NCBI GenBank assembly: GCA_963772415.1
Contig: CAVYWU010000007.1
Location: 142,716-206,715, forward strand
Direction: 5' to 3'
DNA length: 64,000 nucleotides
DNA from: an uncultured Actinomycetota bacterium
Lineage (GTDB): Bacteria; Actinomycetota; Actinomycetes; Propionibacteriales; Nocardioidaceae
This document shows, in pieces, positions 1 to 10,334 of this stretch. Under the pieces are notes generated by a model. It was not told where the DNA came from. It did no database searches and saw nothing but the letters and a program-made list of their open reading frames with translations. Made by a program: the position numbers and the translations under genes. How positions within the stretch are numbered: the first letter of the stretch is position 1; each line of letters opens with the position of its first letter.

Positions 1-127
1 TCGGCCTGGGTGCGTTCTTCTTCGCCCGCGCCCACCGGCGCTCGCAGCGCCGCGGGGCGGGCTACGACTGGTCGGGCAGCACCTGGTCGGGTTGTGGGTC
101 GTCCCGGACGCGGCACGGCTGAGTGCC

Positions 128-1024
128 TCACAGCAGCGGCAGCGAGCGGGCGCTCCGGGGCAGGTGAGCGTAGCCGCGGGCGACGGCGTGCCGGAGCTCC
201 TCGGCGGGGTAGGGCCACTCCGCCGAGCTCACCGCCTCCGCGACGGCCACCCCTCGGCGGGCGAGGTCGCGGATCGTCTCGGCCACGATGCCGATCGCGC
301 TGCGCTGCTCGTGCAGGAAGTCGCTGTCGACCGGCAGGCCATGGCCGGGCACCACCACGGTGGACTCGCGGAGCAGCGAGATGACCAGGTCGAGGGTGCC
401 GGGCCACTCCATCGGCCAGCAGTCCTCGCCGTAGCCCGGGACGCCGCTGCGCATCGCGGACTCCTCGACGAGGTCGCCGGCAAAGACCACGTCGGCGTCC
501 TCGACGCGAGCGATGACGTCGCCGGCGGTGTGCCCACGGCCCGGGTGCACCAGCTCGACGACCCGGTCGCCGAGGTCGACCACCTTGGCCGAGGAGAAGG
601 TGTGGGTCGGCGCCAGGATCCGGGTGACCGCGATGTCGGCGTGCCGTGGCTCGCTGGTGTCGGCACGTGCCTCGTCCTGCAGGGCGGGGCCGTTGACGGC
701 GAGGTCGCCGGGGACCGAGTCGTGGGCGTAGACCGGCAGCGCCCCGCCGTACTCCTCGGAGAAGACGACGTTGCCGAAGGTGTGGTCGAAGTGCTGGTGG
801 GTGTTGACCACGGCGACCACCTCGCCGACGCCGAGCGCCCGGACGTGCTCGACGACCCGGCGTGCCTCGACCTCGGAGGCGTGCGTGTCCACCACCAGCA
901 GACCACGCTCGCCGGCGACGAGCCCGACGTTGACGTCGAGGAACTCGAAGCGCGCGACCCAGCAGCGGTCCGCGATCTCCACGAAGCCGGCGTCGTGGGC
1001 GATGTCACGCGAGGCGGCGGTCAT
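128..1024 (-). CDS. MBL-fold metallo-hydrolase
   Basis: C-terminal part of ORF 128..2281; THQHFDHTFGN, GHTAGD, AGDLVEE and VVPGHG metal motifs; ATG at 1024. Confidence 0.85.
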   Translation of the reverse strand: MTAASRDIAHDAGFVEIADRCWVARFEFLDVNVGLVAGERGLLVVDTHASEVEARRVVEHVRALGVGEVVAVVNTHQHFDHTFGNVVFSEEYGGALPVYAHDSVPGDLAVNGPALQDEARADTSEPRHADIAVTRILAPTHTFSSAKVVDLGDRVVELVHPGRGHTAGDVIARVEDADVVFAGDLVEESAMRSGVPGYGEDCWPMEWPGTLDLVISLLRESTVVVPGHGLPVDSDFLHEQRSAIGIVAETIRDLARRGVAVAEAVSSAEWPYPAEELRHAVARGYAHLPRSARSLPLL

Positions 1025-1085
1025 GGGCGCCAACCTACGACGGCCCGCGACGGGGATCGAGACCGGTCGCCACGGGCGGGTAGGC

Positions 1086-1112
1086 TTGGCACTCGAATCG
1101 AGGGAGTGCCAG
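1086..1112 (+). promoter_or_regulatory. CIRCE element (HrcA operator)
   Basis: TTGGCACTC-N9-GAGTGCCAG, 26 nt upstream of hrcA. Confidence 0.92.
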
Positions 1113-1138
1113 CGAGGCGAGCGAGGTGAGGCGAGGTC

Positions 1139-2161
1139 ATGGTCGAGGACCGCAAGCTCAACGTGCTGCGCGCGATCGTCGAGGACTACGTCTCCACCCA
1201 GGAGCCGGTGGGTTCCAAGTCGCTGGTCGACCGCCACCAGCTCGGGGTCAGCCCCGCGACGGTGCGCAACGACATGGCCTCGCTCGAGGAGGACGGGTTC
1301 ATCACCCAGCCGCACACGAGCGCCGGCCGGATCCCCACCGACAAGGGCTACCGCCTCTTCGTCGACCGGCTCAGCACGGTCAAGGCTCTCTCGATGGCCG
1401 AGAAGCGGGCGATCACCTCGCTGCTCGAGGGCGCCGTCGACCTCGACGACGTCGTCCAGCGCAGTGTCCGGCTGCTCGCGCAGCTGACCCGCCAGGTCGC
1501 CGTCGTGCAGTACCCGACCCTCTCCCGCTCCACCGTGCGCCACATCGAGGTGGTTCCGCTCGGCGGAGCCCGGCTGCTCCTCGTCGTGATCCTCTCCACC
1601 GGCCGGGTGGAGCAGCGGGTCGTGGAGCTCCCCGAGCCGCTCAGCGACGACTCCGTCGCGGAGATCCGCACCAAGGTCAACCGGGCGGCCCTCGGCGAGC
1701 GGCTGGCCGATGCCGCCGACAAGCTGGTGCAGGTGCCCGACGAGTTCGAGCCCGCCAGCCGGGCTCCGATCGCGGCGCTGGTGGCCTCGCTGGTCGAGGC
1801 GATGAGCGACCACCGCTCCGACGAGAGGGTGGCCGTCGGGGGTACGGCGAACCTGGCCCGGTTCGGCGACGGCTTCGACACCAGCATCCGTCCGATGCTC
1901 GAGGCGCTCGAGGAGCACGTCGTGCTGCTCAAGCTCCTCGGCGAAGCCACCTCGGCCTCGACCGTGACCGTCCGGATCGGTGCCGAGGGGCCCTACCAGG
2001 AGCTCGCGACCACGTCGGTCGTCGCCACCGGCTACGGCCCCGGCGACGAGGCGCTCGCGACCTTGGGCATCGTGGGACCGACCCGCATGGACTACCCGGG
2101 ATCGATGGCGGCGGTGCGCGCGGTCGCGCGCTACGTCAGCCGGATCCTCGACGAAGGATGA
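1139..2161 (+). CDS. hrcA: Heat-inducible transcriptional repressor HrcA
   Basis: [55 protein letters not shown]. Confidence 0.97.
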   Translation: MVEDRKLNVLRAIVEDYVSTQEPVGSKSLVDRHQLGVSPATVRNDMASLEEDGFITQPHTSAGRIPTDKGYRLFVDRLSTVKALSMAEKRAITSLLEGAVDLDDVVQRSVRLLAQLTRQVAVVQYPTLSRSTVRHIEVVPLGGARLLLVVILSTGRVEQRVVELPEPLSDDSVAEIRTKVNRAALGERLADAADKLVQVPDEFEPASRAPIAALVASLVEAMSDHRSDERVAVGGTANLARFGDGFDTSIRPMLEALEEHVVLLKLLGEATSASTVTVRIGAEGPYQELATTSVVATGYGPGDEALATLGIVGPTRMDYPGSMAAVRAVARYVSRILDEG

Positions 2162-2219
2162 GCCCTGAACACGCCCGCCCGGCACCCCGGGCCGCGGCAC
2201 CCGAGCTGAGAGAACACTT

Positions 2220-3425
2220 GTGAGCCAGGACCTGTACGAGACCCTCGGGGTCTCCCGCGACGCGGACGGCGACACCATCAAGAAGGCCTACCGCCGGCTG
2301 GCGCGCCAGCTGCACCCCGACGTCAACCCTGATCCGCAGACCCAGGACAAGTTCAAGGACGTCAGCCGCGCCTACGAGGTGCTCTCCGACCCGGAGAAGC
2401 GCCGGATGTACGACCTCGGCGGCGACCCGTTCAACGGTGCCGGCGGCGGCTTCGCCGGAGCCGGTGCGGGCTTCTCCTTCACCGACATCATGGACGCCTT
2501 CTTCGGCGGCGCGGCGGGTGGTGGCGGCGCTGGTGGCGGCGGGCGAGGACCGCGGCCCCGGGTACGCCGCGGGCAGGACGCGCTGATCCGGCTCGACGCC
2601 GACCTCGCCGAGGCCGCCTTCGGCACCACTCGTGAGCTCAAGGTCGACACGGCCGTGCTCTGCAACCTGTGCCAGGGCAGCGGCGCCGCGCCCGGCTCGT
2701 CGCCGAAGACCTGCGAGACCTGCCGAGGTCGCGGGGAGACCGTGCACCAGCAGCGCTCGTTCCTGGGCGAGATCCGCACCATGCGCCCCTGCGCGGCCTG
2801 CCGCGGGTTCGGCTCGATCATCCCCGAGCCCTGCCGGGAGTGCTCGGGCGACGGCCGGGTCCGGTCGCGCCGCAGCCTCAACGTCAAGATCCCCGCCGGC
2901 GTCGACACCGGCACCCGGGTGCAGCTCGCGGGCCAGGGTGAGGTCGGTCCCGGGGGCGGTCCGGCCGGCGATCTCTACGTCGAGATCCACGTGGCGGACC
3001 ACCCCACCTTCGTCCGCTCGGGCAGCGACCTGCACTGCACGGTCACGGTGCCGATGACGGCCGCCGCGCTCGGCACCACCTTGGACCTGCCCCTGCTCGA
3101 GGCCGATCTCGTCGACACCGAGCCGGACGAGGACATCGACGCGACCAGCGAGCTCGAGACGTCGGTGCCGCTCGACGTCCGCGCCGGCACCCAGTCGGGC
3201 ACCGAGACGATCATCAGCGGGCGCGGCGTGCCGTCGCTGCGAGGCACCGGGCGCGGCGACATCGTCGTACGCATCGTGGTCGAGACCCCGCTCCGCCTCG
3301 ACGAGCGTCAGGAGGAGCTGCTCCGCGAGCTCGCCACGCTCCGCCAGGAGGAAGCCCCCGACGGGCAGGTGCACGCGCCCAAGTCGGTGTTCAGCCGCTT
3401 CCGCGACGCCTTCAACCCGCGATGA
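2220..3425 (+). CDS. dnaJ: Chaperone DnaJ
   Basis: J-domain HPD, G/F-rich linker, four CxxCxGxG repeats. Confidence 0.97.
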   Translation: MSQDLYETLGVSRDADGDTIKKAYRRLARQLHPDVNPDPQTQDKFKDVSRAYEVLSDPEKRRMYDLGGDPFNGAGGGFAGAGAGFSFTDIMDAFFGGAAGGGGAGGGGRGPRPRVRRGQDALIRLDADLAEAAFGTTRELKVDTAVLCNLCQGSGAAPGSSPKTCETCRGRGETVHQQRSFLGEIRTMRPCAACRGFGSIIPEPCRECSGDGRVRSRRSLNVKIPAGVDTGTRVQLAGQGEVGPGGGPAGDLYVEIHVADHPTFVRSGSDLHCTVTVPMTAAALGTTLDLPLLEADLVDTEPDEDIDATSELETSVPLDVRAGTQSGTETIISGRGVPSLRGTGRGDIVVRIVVETPLRLDERQEELLRELATLRQEEAPDGQVHAPKSVFSRFRDAFNPR

Positions 3426-4159
3426 GCCTCCCGCTGTTCGTCCACGACGCCGTCACAGGTGTCGGGGTCGGCGACGCCGTCGTGCTCGAGGGCGACGAGG
3501 CCCGGCACGCTGTCGTGGTCAAGCGGATCCGGGCCGGGGAACGGATCGCTCTCACCGACGGCCGCGGCACCACCGTCGTGGGCAGCGTCACCGACACGAG
3601 CAAGGCGGCGCTCACCTTGGTGGCCGAGCGGGCCGGCACGGTCGAGCCGGAGCTGCCCCGGGTCGTGGTCGTGCAGGCGATCCCCAAGGGGGATCGCGGC
3701 GAGCTCGCCGTCGAGATGCTCACCGAGGTCGGCGTCGACCTGATCGTGCCGTGGGCCGCCGCCCGCTCGGTCGCGGTCTGGAAGGGCGAGCGCGCCGCGA
3801 AGTCGCTCGCCAAGTGGCGCAGCACGGCGCGCGAGGCAGCCAAGCAGGCACGGCGCACCTGGTTCCCCGAAGTCGCGGACCTGGTCGACACCACCGAGGT
3901 GGCCGGACTGCTGAAGCAGGCGTCGGTTCCCGTCGTGCTGCACGAGGCTGCGTCCGGGCCGATCGCCGACCTGCCGGTGCCGGGCCGCGGCGAGATCGTC
4001 ATCGTGGTGGGCCCCGAGGGTGGCATCGCCGAGGAGGAGCTTGCCGCCTTCGCGGCTGTGGGCGCCGAGCCGGTGCGACTGGGCTCATCGGTGCTGCGCA
4101 CCTCGACCGCCGGTGTGGCGGCGACTGCCGCGCTGCTCGCGCGCACGCGCTGGCGCTGA
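3422..4159 (+). CDS. rsmE: 16S rRNA m3U1498 methyltransferase RsmE
   Basis: VVGPEGG and [17 protein letters not shown] motifs; overlaps the dnaJ stop. Confidence 0.95.
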   Translation: MSLPLFVHDAVTGVGVGDAVVLEGDEARHAVVVKRIRAGERIALTDGRGTTVVGSVTDTSKAALTLVAERAGTVEPELPRVVVVQAIPKGDRGELAVEMLTEVGVDLIVPWAAARSVAVWKGERAAKSLAKWRSTAREAAKQARRTWFPEVADLVDTTEVAGLLKQASVPVVLHEAASGPIADLPVPGRGEIVIVVGPEGGIAEEELAAFAAVGAEPVRLGSSVLRTSTAGVAATAALLARTRWR

Positions 4160-4175
4160 CCCACCGCCCTCGGCG

Positions 4176-5226
4176 TCAGCTCCGCAGCAACGCCGTGACC
4201 CGGTCGAGCTCGTCGGCGAGCTCGGTTCGTTGCAGACGGGTGAGCTCGCAGAAGAGGTCGAGCACGACGGCACCGTCGCGCCACCACCACAGCCCGGCCA
4301 TGAAGCCGTCGACGAAGACGGTGTTGCCGATACCGCCGTTGCTGCCCAGCCACCGTCCTCGGACGTTCTCGGGGACGATCCGGGCGCGATCGGCATGGGA
4401 GAGCCAGACGTTGTCGTAGCCGCCGAGCAGCCGGACCGGGGCGTGCGCGGTCCCGTCCACCAGCGGGGCTCCTGGTACGTCGTAGAGCCGCTTGCCTGCG
4501 TCGGTCCGGAGCACCTCGAGCTCGTCGGCCATCGCGGCGAACACCGGTCCGAGTCGGGTCACCCGGGACCAGGTCGTCATGTCCGCGGCGGTGGCCGGAC
4601 CGAACGCCCGCAGGTAGCGCCGCACCAGCTCCTGGGAGGTCGACCTCGGCGGCTGCTCGGTCGAGGTAGTTCTCCAACGTCTGGTAGACCACGCCACCCG
4701 ATCGACGCCACAGGCCGCGCGGTGGCACCTGGAGCATCGGCACTCGTTCGCGGGCGACGTGCGCCAGCGCGCCGGCGGGTGCGTCGAAGGTCTCCGCCAG
4801 CCGCTCGCCGAGCTCCTTGACCGGGAGCGGTCCGGGCGCGAGCACCTCGCGCGAGCGCTCGACCAGCTCGGCCACGTTGATGTGCCGGGCCTGCCGGTTC
4901 ATCTGGTTGCTCCTGCTCTGCTGGTCGAGCGCCGGCTGCACCCATGAGCGCAACGAGAGCGCGTCGTCGGGTGTCAGCACGTGGATGGTGCCGCGCATGG
5001 TGAGCAACCGGACCGCTTGCCGACGTTCGAGCGCGTCGCTCAGCTCGGCCGGCTCGAACGGGTCGAGCCGTGCGGCGAGCGAGAGGTAGGGCGGCAGGTT
5101 CTCCTGTGCCTGCAGGCCGACGAGGTGGGCGACCATGCCGAGTGCTGGCATCGTGGTGCGGGCGAGGAGGTGCTGCCGGGCGAGCAGGGTGCGGTTGAGG
5201 TCGCGGACGGTCAACGGGCCGGGCAC
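4176..5226 (-). CDS. AlkZ/YcaQ-family (HTH_42) winged-helix DNA glycosylase, one frameshift near 4630
   Basis: LNRTLLARQHLL, GLQAQ, MRGTIH in ORF 3412..5226; continues as LVRRYLRAFGPATAAD..RLLGGYDN in ORF 4176..4697. Confidence 0.8.
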
Positions 5227-5244
5227 GGTGGCAAGCCTAGGCTG

Positions 5245-5904
5245 CTAGCGCCCGGGCGGTGTGGGGACGAGCCCGGGCAGCCGTGTCCGGACCATCACCA
5301 GGTCGGCGACGGAAGCGGGCTTCACCTCCGAGAGGCGATGTCGTCGATACGCGATGACGACGGCTAGGGCGGCGTTGACGAGGGTGAAGTAGACCGGGTA
5401 GGCGAGCAGGCCGACGGAGAGCGACCCGACCGCACCCACGGTCATCGCGCCGCCGAGTCCCGCCAGGACGAACGTGGACAGGGTCTCCGAGTGCGGCTTC
5501 CGCCACGTCTTGGGCACCATCATCGCGGCCGCGACGAGGTCCGCGGCGATCACGCAGCCGATGGCGATCGTGGGCTCGTCGACCGCCGCCCACCCCACGA
5601 CCCCGGCGCTCGCCAGCCCGATCAACCCCAGCTCGGCCCGGGTCAGGCCGCCCGTGCCCAGCCGGAGCGAGAGGGTGAAGACCAGCAACGTGCCCAGGGC
5701 CTGGGTGACCAGGGGCAGCAGGCTCCAGCGGGCGCCGTCGGCCCGCTGCGCCTCGACCGCGACCACGGCGAGCAGCGTCCAGATCAGCCAGGTGCCGCGG
5801 TGCGGGACCGTGGAGCGGCGCCACGTGTCCCGCAGGTAGGGCACCGTGTTGGCGGCACCCAGGGCACTGGCGAGCAGGGCGAACGCCGCCGTCGGCTCGA
5901 TCAT
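5245..5904 (-). CDS. Multi-pass membrane protein of unknown function
   Basis: 219 aa, about 6-7 hydrophobic segments, internal repeat (RDTWRRSTVP / KTWRKPHSE); GGAGA RBS. Confidence 0.7.
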   Translation of the reverse strand: MIEPTAAFALLASALGAANTVPYLRDTWRRSTVPHRGTWLIWTLLAVVAVEAQRADGARWSLLPLVTQALGTLLVFTLSLRLGTGGLTRAELGLIGLASAGVVGWAAVDEPTIAIGCVIAADLVAAAMMVPKTWRKPHSETLSTFVLAGLGGAMTVGAVGSLSVGLLAYPVYFTLVNAALAVVIAYRRHRLSEVKPASVADLVMVRTRLPGLVPTPPGR

Positions 5905-6036
5905 CGGGTCTCCTCAGTCGTCCTGGGAGGAGCGCCCTTCGAGCACCGCTGATACGTCCGCACGGGCACCTGCGCGCGCGCCCGGTCATGGGGCACGCGG
6001 CACCCGGTGGTGCGACGAGATCCGTGCCGCCTGCAC

Positions 6037-6172
6037 GTGGCGGTGCGCGGCGCCAGAGCCGGCACGGCGCACGAGGTGCCCCGAGGTGGCCGACCTGGTC
6101 GACACAACCGAGGGTGGCCCGGGTGCTGGAGGCGTAGTGCCCGTGGTGCTGCACGAGGTGGCGTCGGGGCCG
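6037..6172 (+). pseudogene. Degenerate partial second copy of rsmE
   Basis: Translates [29 protein letters not shown] versus Rsm[30 protein letters not shown] (3847-3961). Confidence 0.8.
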
Positions 6173-6214
6173 GGCCACGACCACCCGGGTCGCCGCGACC
6201 GGGGGGTACTGCTG

Positions 6215-6778
6215 TCAGGCAGTCTCCAGGGTTTGGCGGTCGGGATGGTGCAGGCAGACGTCGGGGCGGGCGGCGAGCTCGTCGGAGGAGAGGCCGTAGG
6301 TCTCGGTGACCACGAGCCCGTCGGGAAGGATCTCGAAGGTGGCGACGTCGGTGTAGAGCCGGTCCACGCAGCCGACCCCGGTGAGCGGATAGCTGCACGT
6401 GGGCACCAGCTTGGGGGCGCCGTCCTTGGAGAACAGGCTCATCATCACGAACACCTGCTTGGCGCCGCTGAGCGCGACGTCGCCCTTGAGGGCGTGCTCG
6501 AGCACATGGCTGCGGCCTTCGAAGACCCACGAGTCGCTCTGCCGGGGGAGAGGAGCAGATCATCGTGCGCACCCAGCTTGGCCGCCAGCATTGCGGCCAG
6601 ACCCGTGTCCTCGTTGCCGGCGTTGGCGGATACCGCGGTTTGGTCGGTCGCGCCCTGCCGGATGAGCGCGTCGATCAGCGCGACCGGCATCCCGGCCATC
6701 CCGAACCCGCCGATCAGCACGGTGGAGCCGTCCGTGACGTCGGCGACCGCCTCAGGTGCCGCGGGCGATGAGAGTCAC
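6215..6778 (-). pseudogene. 3-oxoadipate CoA-transferase remnant (PcaI N-terminus joined to PcaJ C-terminus)
   Basis: VADVTDGSTVLIGGFGMAGMPVALIDALI..NAG followed by GAKQVFVMMSLFSKDGAPKLVPTCSYPLTGVGCVDRLYTD; middle of both subunits missing. Confidence 0.75.
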
Positions 6779-7956
6779 GAGACGTTCTCCAGCACGACGG
6801 CCAGGGCCTGGCCGACGCCGATGCAGATCGCGGCGACGCCCCAGCGATGGCCGTCCTCGCGCATCCGGTGGGCCAGGGTGCCGAGGATCCGGCCGCCCGA
6901 GGCGCCCAGCGGGTGCCCGATGGCGATGGCGCCGCCCTTGGTGTTGACGATCTCCGGGTCGATCCCCCAGGCGTCGACGCAGGCGAGCGACTGGACGGCG
7001 AAGGCCTCGTTGAGCTCGACCGCGCCCACGTCGTCCCAGCCGATCCCGGCCCTGGCGAGCGCCCTCTCCGCGGCCTCGACCGGGGCGAACCCGAACGACT
7101 GGGGCTCCAGCGCGGCCGCACCCCGACCGGCGATCCTCGCCAGCGGGTCGAGCCCGATCACCGAGGCGAGGTGCTCGGCGCCGAGCAGCATCGCGGAGGC
7201 GCCGTCGCTCAACGGGGAGGCGTTGCCGGCGGTGATGGTGCCGTCGGCACGGAAGGAGGGCTTGAGCCCGGCCAGGCTCCGGGGGGTGCTCCCGGGCCGG
7301 ATCCCCTCGTCCCGGGTCAGGTCGACCCCTGGTACGGCGACGGCCAGCGCGTCGTAGAACCCCTCGTGCCAGGCCCGGTCGGCCAGGTCGTGGGACCGGG
7401 CCGCGAACTCGTCCTGCCGGTCGCGGGAGATCGAGAACCGCTCCTGCAGCTGCTCATTGGCCTCGCCCAGGGAGACCGTCCACGCCTCCGGCATCCGCTC
7501 GTTGACCAGGCGCCAGCCCAGCGTGGTGGAGACGGCGGAGAGGTCTCCGGCAGGGAAGGCCCGCGACGGCTTCGGCAGCACCCACGGCGCGCGCGTCATC
7601 GACTCGACGCCGCCCGCGATCACCACGTCGGCGTCGCCTGTCTCGACGGTGCGGGAGGCGATCATGGCCGCGTCGAGGCTGGAGCCGCACAGCCGGTTCA
7701 CCGTGGTCGCCGGCACCGAGACCGGCATCCCGGCCAGCAGCACCGCCATCCGTCCGACGTTGCGGTTGTCCTCGCCGGCACCGTTGGCGTTGCCCCACAC
7801 GACGTCGCCGACCCGGGCCGGGTCGAGCCCCGGCGCCGTGTCCAGGAGGCCCTGGAGCACTCCCGCGGCCAGGTCGTCGGGGCGGACGCCGGCCAGGGCG
7901 CCGCCGAAGCGTCCGAACGGCGTGCGAAGGGCGGCGTAGAGGAACGATGCGGTCAC
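6775..7956 (-). CDS. pcaF: Thiolase, beta-ketoadipyl-CoA thiolase (PcaF-like)
   Basis: RTPFGRFGG, VNRLCGSS, ELNEAFA, GHPLGASG, CIGVGQ; GTG start overlaps the upstream stop; pca context. Confidence 0.85.
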   Translation of the reverse strand: MTASFLYAALRTPFGRFGGALAGVRPDDLAAGVLQGLLDTAPGLDPARVGDVVWGNANGAGEDNRNVGRMAVLLAGMPVSVPATTVNRLCGSSLDAAMIASRTVETGDADVVIAGGVESMTRAPWVLPKPSRAFPAGDLSAVSTTLGWRLVNERMPEAWTVSLGEANEQLQERFSISRDRQDEFAARSHDLADRAWHEGFYDALAVAVPGVDLTRDEGIRPGSTPRSLAGLKPSFRADGTITAGNASPLSDGASAMLLGAEHLASVIGLDPLARIAGRGAAALEPQSFGFAPVEAAERALARAGIGWDDVGAVELNEAFAVQSLACVDAWGIDPEIVNTKGGAIAIGHPLGASGGRILGTLAHRMREDGHRWGVAAICIGVGQALAVVLENVS

Positions 7957-8528
7957 GGGTTCTCCTCGTCGGGGGACTGGTGTGCCTGGTCGAGTGCTCG
8001 CCGGGCGAGGCGGAAGGCGGTGTTGGCGTTCGGGACTCCGCAGTAGATCGCGGTCTGGAGGACGAGCTCCTTGATCTCGTCCTGGGTGACTCCGTTTCTC
8101 GGGGCCGCCCGGACGTGCATCGCGGTGAGGGTGATCAGGGGGCGGCTGCGCCGGTCCCAGGCCGGCCAGGATCCGGTCGACGTTCCACCGGCGCAGATCA
8201 TCAGGCCATTGTCGACCACGTCCTGGCTGGTCAGCCGCCGGTGAAGCCACCGGGCGGCCTCGGGGCTGACTGTCCCAGACGGTCGCGGAGCAGCGACCAG
8301 CGGGATCGCCGGGTTGCCTCCCGCCTCGGACCCGGTCGCCAGCCAGACGGTGTCGTCGCGGCGTACCAGCGGCGCCAGATCGTGCCCGACCACGCCGGGC
8401 GGCGCGAGGCCCGCGACGACGAGGGCCTCCAGCCACGCCGTCTCGACGTCGACCATCGCGGTGATCGGGGCCGCGTCGGAGAAGCGGTCGCCTGCGCGCA
8501 CGTCGCCGGGCCAGAAGAGGTCCGTCAA
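7953..8528 (-). pseudogene. PcaB N-terminus fused by deletion to PcaC C-terminus
   Basis: LFWPGD..GGNPAIPLV..WLHRRLTSQDVVD (PcaB-like) then MHVRAA.RNGVTQDEIKELVLQTAIYCGVPNANTAF (PcaC/CMD-like). Confidence 0.75.
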
Positions 8529-8900
8529 GCGGTCGGTGTCGCGGATAGGTCGAGGAAGACGGGCTCGCCGTGGCCCTGGAGCCGGCCTTCGAAGTGCAGA
8601 CCGTGCTCGTCCTCAACGGCGACGAGGGTGTCGCACCGATCCGCGGCGAGACCGACCAGGCGCGTCGCCGGCCGGCAGCACGTCGGCGGGGCGTCGATCC
8701 GGGACGCACCGTGGAGGACGAGTAGTGCCCTGAATCGTCGGTGGCGCAGCGGCCCCGCCTCGCGGACGACCCGTCCCTCGGCGTCGGCCTGCCACATCTC
8801 GAGCAGGGCGTCGGGCACGGGTTGGCCGGCGCAACGGATCGACGGGCTACGACGGCTACGACGCTGACAAGGCCCACGTCCGGCTGGCGGCACAGGCGCG
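8525..8900 (-). pseudogene. Protocatechuate 3,4-dioxygenase alpha subunit (PcaG) remnant
   Basis: GQPVPDALLEMWQADAEG and DTLVA..FEGRLQGHGEPVFLD; central part degraded. Confidence 0.7.
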
Positions 8901-9029
8901 CCTCGACCCGGCAGCGCCGGAGAGCCACCGCTGATCAGGGCGGGCAGGCGCCACGGCGGGTGATGTCCTCGGAGGGGTGCCCGATGAGTCCCCGATGATG
9001 CCCCGGGCATCCCGTCCCTCCGCACGGGT

Positions 9030-10334
9030 TCAGAGCATGAGTCCCAGGGGGGCGTAGCCGACGCCGGGGAACACCGAGGCGAGCGAGCGGTCCGGGAATC
9101 GCCGGGTGACGATCTCGCCGAGCACGCTGCGGTAGTCGGTGGTGACCCGCAGGTCGGCGTCCGGCTCCTTGCCGGAGCCCAGCCCCGGCCATGAGCCGTA
9201 GTAGCGGCCGCCACGGACGCCGCCGCCCGCGACGAGCATCATGTTGCCCCAGCCGTGGTCGAGCCCGCGGTTGCCGTTCTCCTGGAGCCGTCGGCCGAAC
9301 TCGCTGATCGTGACCACGGTGACCCTGCTGCGCAGCGCGCCGAGGTCCCGCAGGAAGGCGTCGAGGACCTGGGCGAAGCCCTTGATGAGGCCCTGCATGT
9401 CGCCCCACTCGAGGGTGCCGTAGTCGCTGTGGAGGTCCCAGTTGCCGTAGTCGATCGAGACCACCTCGGTGCCGATGTCGGCCTTGATCAGCTGCGCGGT
9501 GTCGCGCAGCGCCTCCGAGAGGTCGGTGGCCGGCCAGCCGCTCGGGTAGGTGACCTCGGGCTGGTACGGCGTCCGCGCGAGCGGCGCGATCTTGTCGACG
9601 GTGGCCGCGGCGGAGCGATAGGCCGGTCCGAGCACCTTGTCGCCGCCCCACATCTTGTCCAGCGACTTGCGGCGCCGACGGGCCCACACGTCGGCCTTGT
9701 CGGCGCCCACCATCGACACCTGGCTGAGCCGGTCCGCGGCGATCGTCGGGGAGATCCCCGCGATCATCGTGGGTGCGATCGAGGAGGACAGGTGGATCGC
9801 CTCGGTGGGGTCGACCGTGCCACCGATCCCGATCATCCGGTTGACCCAGCCGCGGCGGGCGCTGGAGCCGGGATCGGCGTCCTCGACCTCCTCCATCGCG
9901 GAGAAGTGGGAGCGGTTGGGCACCGGCAGGCCGACCGCGTGGACGGCGGCGAGCTCGCCCGCGGTGTAGAGCCACTCGAGCGGCTGCATCGCCGGGTGCA
10001 GGCCGAAGAAGGAGTCCTGCGCGATCAGGGACTCGCGCGGCACCGCGATGGTGGGCCGGGCGGCGTAGTAGCCCGGGTCGCCGTGCGGCACGACCACGCC
10101 GAGCCCGTCGATGCCCCCGCGGAGGCTGAGCACGACCAGCACGTTCCCGCCGGGCGCCTGGCCGTAGGCCGTCTGCCGGAAGGCATCCCCGAACACCGAG
10201 GTGGCCACGCCGGCGGCTCCCGCCGCTGCCATGCCGCCGAGAAGCCGGCGTCGGCTCACCCTGGTGGCCTCGGCGAACTCCCGGCAGCAGTCACCGGTCG
10301 GGATGGAGGTGGGGGTGGACATGGGCCGGCTCAT
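9030..10334 (-). CDS. DUF1501-family protein with Tat signal
   Basis: SRRRLLGG; LVVLSLRGGIDGL, NRSHF, SEFGRR..NGNRGLDHGWG; ATGA overlap with the upstream gene. Confidence 0.85.
   Translation of the reverse strand: MSRPMSTPTSIPTGDCCREFAEATRVSRRRLLGGMAAAGAAGVATSVFGDAFRQTAYGQAPGGNVLVVLSLRGGIDGLGVVVPHGDPGYYAARPTIAVPRESLIAQDSFFGLHPAMQPLEWLYTAGELAAVHAVGLPVPNRSHFSAMEEVEDADPGSSARRGWVNRMIGIGGTVDPTEAIHLSSSIAPTMIAGISPTIAADRLSQVSMVGADKADVWARRRRKSLDKMWGGDKVLGPAYRSAAATVDKIAPLARTPYQPEVTYPSGWPATDLSEALRDTAQLIKADIGTEVVSIDYGNWDLHSDYGTLEWGDMQGLIKGFAQVLDAFLRDLGALRSRVTVVTISEFGRRLQENGNRGLDHGWGNMMLVAGGGVRGGRYYGSWPGLGSGKEPDADLRVTTDYRSVLGEIVTRRFPDRSLASVFPGVGYAPLGLML

Noticed and set aside
1-122. 3' end of an upstream CDS
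   Set aside because: Only about 40 codons with no recognisable motif
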